Source of the DNA: an uncultured Verrucomicrobiae bacterium
GTDB taxonomy: Bacteria; Verrucomicrobiota; Verrucomicrobiia; Chthoniobacterales; JAFAMB01
Assembly: GCA_963762565.1 (NCBI GenBank)
Contig: CAVXLD010000014.1
Span: 96,440 to 160,439, forward strand
DNA: 64,000 bases
Direction of reading: 5' to 3'
Shown here: piece after piece, positions 60,714 through 64,000 of the stretch
Layout: every line of letters starts with the position of its first letter
Position numbering within the stretch: the first letter of the stretch is position 1
Program-made: the position numbers and the translations under genes
The notes under the pieces: generated by a model
The model's database searches: none
Told to the model about the DNA's origin: nothing
The model's input: the letters and a program-made list of their open reading frames with translations, nothing else

Positions 60714-61913
60714 CTAGCTTCCTCCCTGTTTTGCCTCTGAATCGCCAGGCACAATCTTCGCCGTCATCCCGTTCGCTAAGCTGTCGGATGGATTGAGAAT
60801 TACTTGATCCGTGACGGACAACCCGTGGACAATTTCCAACTTGTCGCCGAGGTCCTCATTGATATCAATTTTTCGGATCTCTACCTTCCCGTCCATACCA
60901 ACCACACCAACGGCAGCGCCTTCGCGCCGGAATATCAGGGTGTTCTCTGGTATCGTGAGGTAAGGAGAATCCCCCTCGAACTTGAATGTGATCTGAGCGT
61001 AGGCTCCCGGAAGCAATTCCCCCGATGCATTCGGAATTTGCAGTTCTGTTAAGAGCGATCGGGACGTCGGATCTATCAGGTCAGCTGTATTGGTCACCTG
61101 CCCTCGAAATATTCGGCCGGGAAACTCAGGTAGGGTCAGCTCTCCCTCCATTCCGATTTTTACTAACTGCGCATACGCCTGCGGTACCTGCACATAAACG
61201 CGTAAGGGCGAGGTCTGAGCTACTACGAAAAGTTGATTTCCTGAGCCGTTGGCGACATAGGTCCCCACATCGACATTTCTCGCAGTAACGATGCCGTTGA
61301 AGGGGGCTCGTAGCACCTTGAAGGCCTCAAGAGCGTTAAGCCGGTCGATGTTAGCCTGGTCGGCAACGACTGAGGCTTGGTCTTCCGCGTAGGTGTCGGC
61401 TGCGGTGTCGCGCGTTTCTGCATCGAGAACCTTCTGACTAAAAAGAGTCTGATCCCGTTCGTAGGTAACCTGGGCCAGATGCGCGGCTGCCTGAGCCACC
61501 TGGAACTGCGCTTTCGATTGGGCCAGCTCCTGGTCGACCTCGGGCGTTTCAATCTCGCCCAGAATGTCGTTAGTGTGCACTTTGCCGCCAATGTCGAAGT
61601 ACCACTTTTTCAGATAACCACTGGTTTGTGCGTAAATCGGCGCCTCAGTGTACGCTTGCGTATATCCCGAGAGCCGCAAAGTACTGCCTCGGGGTTTCTC
61701 TGGATGAACCACACTGACCGTGATGGCCGGTGCGATCTGAGAACTCGGTACGGAAGTTGTCCGTGGAGACGAGGTCAGTTGGTGTCCAATAAATACGGCC
61801 ACGACACCGGCGACGACTCCGCCGCCAACGACCAATCTGCGTGGTTTTTTTGTTTTTTGTGGCGGGACCCGCGGGTCTTCCGCAGCGGTCGCTTTTAAGG
61901 TCTCTGAACTCAT
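60714..61913 (-). CDS. RND efflux periplasmic adaptor subunit
   Basis: AQTSGYLKKWYFDIG, TPEVDQEL, RAPFNGIVT; tandem paralogue of 59331-60530. Confidence 0.95.
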   Translation of the reverse strand: MSSETLKATAAEDPRVPPQKTKKPRRLVVGGGVVAGVVAVFIGHQLTSSPRTTSVPSSQIAPAITVSVVHPEKPRGSTLRLSGYTQAYTEAPIYAQTSGYLKKWYFDIGGKVHTNDILGEIETPEVDQELAQSKAQFQVAQAAAHLAQVTYERDQTLFSQKVLDAETRDTAADTYAEDQASVVADQANIDRLNALEAFKVLRAPFNGIVTARNVDVGTYVANGSGNQLFVVAQTSPLRVYVQVPQAYAQLVKIGMEGELTLPEFPGRIFRGQVTNTADLIDPTSRSLLTELQIPNASGELLPGAYAQITFKFEGDSPYLTIPENTLIFRREGAAVGVVGMDGKVEIRKIDINEDLGDKLEIVHGLSVTDQVILNPSDSLANGMTAKIVPGDSEAKQGGS

Positions 61914-62016
61914 TCTCGCTCCACAATCCTAGTGTTGTCCGCTCGCTGCCGCTATTGCAGGAAGGGGTTCTTTATACTAACCCGAACGGGTGATTCTGGC
62001 GGATCTCGCAGAGAGC

Positions 62017-62234
62017 TTCGTTCTCGTTCTCGTCGTCGTCCTTCCGACTTCGCCAGCGTCCCGGTTGTGGAGCGTGCCTCGCTTGCGAGGCCGACTTCGA
62101 GCGGTTGGCAACATAGAGCAAAGGCTTCGTCGGACAGGCTGTCCTCGACTTCGGTGCGCGTGTTTTGTGACATCGGTGCTGCTTGAACGCCTGATCGAGA
62201 ACGAGAACGAGGACGACGACGAGGACGAGAACGA
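62017..62234. repeat. Hexamer-armed (TCGTTC/GAACGA) palindrome containing copy 3 of the 110-bp repeat
   Basis: Left TCGTTCTCGTTCTCGTCGTCGTC; right GAGAACGAGAACGAGGACGACGACGAGGACGAGAACGA; repeat copy at 62036-62148. Confidence 0.85.
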
Positions 62235-62300
62235 TTCCTGCTAAGACGCCCCTTGTAGCTCCTAGATTCTAGCTCCTCGCTCCTGTCCATTTGCTATTTG

Positions 62301-63017
62301 CTATCTGCTGTTTGCTATTCTGGATTGCTGACCAATCCAGCTCGGCACCGGTATTGTACGCCTTCTGGTGGGTTCCGCGGGCGTTTCCGTCGCGTTCAAG
62401 CCACCGGTCGTTTCAAGCCAATCGGCGATATAATTGACTTGTTCGTCGAGCGAGTAATCGGTGACGTCGACCGTTAAGCTCGGGATAACCGAGTCCATCA
62501 CTAACTCTTGCAAGATCTTTTGTTCCCTGATGAACAGTGTCAGGTCGTCGTATTGTGAAGGATTACTCGAGACCTGTAGCCGGCGTTTCCGTGCTTCAAC
62601 GAAAGAGTTTGGGTCCCTCCAGCAGAACACCACTCGAAATCCAAGCGCAACCAGACGGGACTCGAGCCATTCGAACCGATAACGCCGTCCTCGATACATC
62701 GCTTGCCACATTTGAGTAGAAAGGTGGAAACGATCAATGATCCAAGAGTAATATCGATAAAGCTCAAAGAGACTGACCCAAAGTCGATAGGCTTCCATAG
62801 CGGGTTGCTCGTACCTCGCGTCGAAGTTGACCAGACTACAGCCATAGGGATTGCGGGTGAAACCATTCCATTCCGCGGACACAATTGGCGAATGATAACG
62901 ATATTTTCTGACGCCGGTGATTCGCGGACTCTCGTTGAGAGCTAGCGCCAGATCTGTCTTACCAGTGAGTCTAGTGCCCTCCAGGATCACTTTCGGGCAC
63001 AGTTTTATTACCGGCAT
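62301..63017 (-). CDS. P-loop protein, thymidylate kinase-like fold, function unknown
   Basis: ILEGTRLTGKT Walker A-like motif and IIDRFHLS motif. Confidence 0.7.
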   Translation of the reverse strand: MPVIKLCPKVILEGTRLTGKTDLALALNESPRITGVRKYRYHSPIVSAEWNGFTRNPYGCSLVNFDARYEQPAMEAYRLWVSLFELYRYYSWIIDRFHLSTQMWQAMYRGRRYRFEWLESRLVALGFRVVFCWRDPNSFVEARKRRLQVSSNPSQYDDLTLFIREQKILQELVMDSVIPSLTVDVTDYSLDEQVNYIADWLETTGGLNATETPAEPTRRRTIPVPSWIGQQSRIANSR

Positions 63018-63097
63018 CTCTAACCCTAACCACGCCCGGCTCTGCGCTCCATTGTACTAAAGTATAAACGCTAGTGACCAGGAGGAGCTATCTTGAG

Positions 63098-63257
63098 GTG
63101 ATTGGTGATTAGTGATTGGTGATTCGTGAACGGGGCGCTGGGGAGCGACCTATTTGAGAGCAGGTCACGCTATCAGCCCTATAGGACGGATAGGACTTAT
63201 GTGAGGACGGCGAATGCGCTCTCACCTCCAATCACCTAATCACCTCTCACTTCTCAC
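63098..63257. repeat. Palindromic module with GTGATTG arms
   Basis: Arms 63098-63129 and 63219-63257; right arm supplies the stop codon of the kinase gene. Confidence 0.88.
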
Positions 63258-63999
63258 ACCGAAGCGGCAAGCGCACGGTCAGAGTCGTCCCGTGACCCGG
63301 CGCCGTACGGATATCGAGTTCGGCGTCGAGCTTCTTGGCTCTTTCCCGCATACTCGTGATGCCTAATCCTTCTCCTGTTTCCAGATGAGTACTATCAATC
63401 CCCGAGCCGTTATCCGTGACCTGTAGTGTCACCGTCGAAGGATCGCCCTTTAGGAAAACACTGACCACGGTCGGCTTCGCATGACGAAGCGCGTTACTCA
63501 TCGCTTCCTGGGCGATGCGGAGGATGTTTTGCCGAGCAGGCAAAGACAGAGTCTCTTCTTTGAATCCCTCCGAGCTAAAATTACAGTGTAGCCGGCCAGC
63601 AATGTTAGCCCGTTCAACTAACATTTGGAGGGCGTGGAGCAGACCCGCATCCTCAATGATATCAGAACGTAAGCTGAGAGCAGATCGGCGCGCCTCGGCT
63701 AAGCCAAAGTGAGCTAGCTCGTTAGCTCGCTCAATGTACCCACGGCTGTCGTCGTTCTCCAGGCTGAGAGCCTCGATAGAAGCAAACAGTTGCATAGAAA
63801 TGCCGGCAAAAATTTGCGCCAATGAGTCGTGGATCTCTCCGGCCAGGCGATTTCTTTCCTCAAGAACCGCGGATTGTTGGGCGGTTCTCGCTAAACGGGT
63901 AAGATGGATGGCCAAACCGGCTTGCGTCGCCAGAGCTCGCGCTATCCCTAGCGCTTCCGGGTCAAAGTCGCGCTCTTCAGTGAAATAGAAAGCGAGTAA
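63247..63999 (-). CDS. Sensor histidine kinase (HisKA_3 + HATPase, preceded by GAF-like end), 5'-truncated
   Basis: ERNRLAGEIHDSLAQ, QEAMSNALRHA, DNGSG, GLGITSMRERA; frame open to the window edge. Confidence 0.95.
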   Translation of the reverse strand, partial: LLAFYFTEERDFDPEALGIARALATQAGLAIHLTRLARTAQQSAVLEERNRLAGEIHDSLAQIFAGISMQLFASIEALSLENDDSRGYIERANELAHFGLAEARRSALSLRSDIIEDAGLLHALQMLVERANIAGRLHCNFSSEGFKEETLSLPARQNILRIAQEAMSNALRHAKPTVVSVFLKGDPSTVTLQVTDNGSGIDSTHLETGEGLGITSMRERAKKLDAELDIRTAPGHGTTLTVRLPLRCEK

Positions 64000-64000
64000 G

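Noticed and set aside
1..64000. tRNA, rRNA, prophage or recognisable defence-system genes
   Set aside because: None recognisable by eye; tRNAscan-SE, Rfam and DefenseFinder were not run.

Overview
64 kb of bacterial chromosome. Gene content and order are consistent with a soil Verrucomicrobiota (Chthoniobacterales-like) genome, but this is inference only. Housekeeping genes (probable holB 3' end, sixA, pgl, clpS, speA, a class A PBP, trmD, GTP-dependent PEP carboxykinase, recQ, dps) are interleaved with about 30 small accessory genes, several of them frameshifted or internally deleted. The window also holds one complete IS4-family element (22-bp TIRs, 10-bp TSD) carrying an AbrB-like passenger gene, IS630-like MITE ends, and two paralogous RND efflux clusters next to a NarL-type two-component pair. 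No rRNA, tRNA or CRISPR array was seen. The most striking signal is non-coding. Most intergenic spaces hold a 90-350 bp palindromic module whose arms are inverted tandem arrays of a 6-, 7- or 9-mer (GTGATTG, ATGACAR, GCAGTAA, GGAGCTA, ATAGCAR, GGCGTTY, CGCAGATTA and others) around a unique or nested core. The arms often supply the stop codon of the adjacent gene, nest with REP-like palindromes and bracket the IS insertion site; in one case an arm-like tract coincides with a frameshift inside a gene. No enzyme that could build these modules is encoded in the window.
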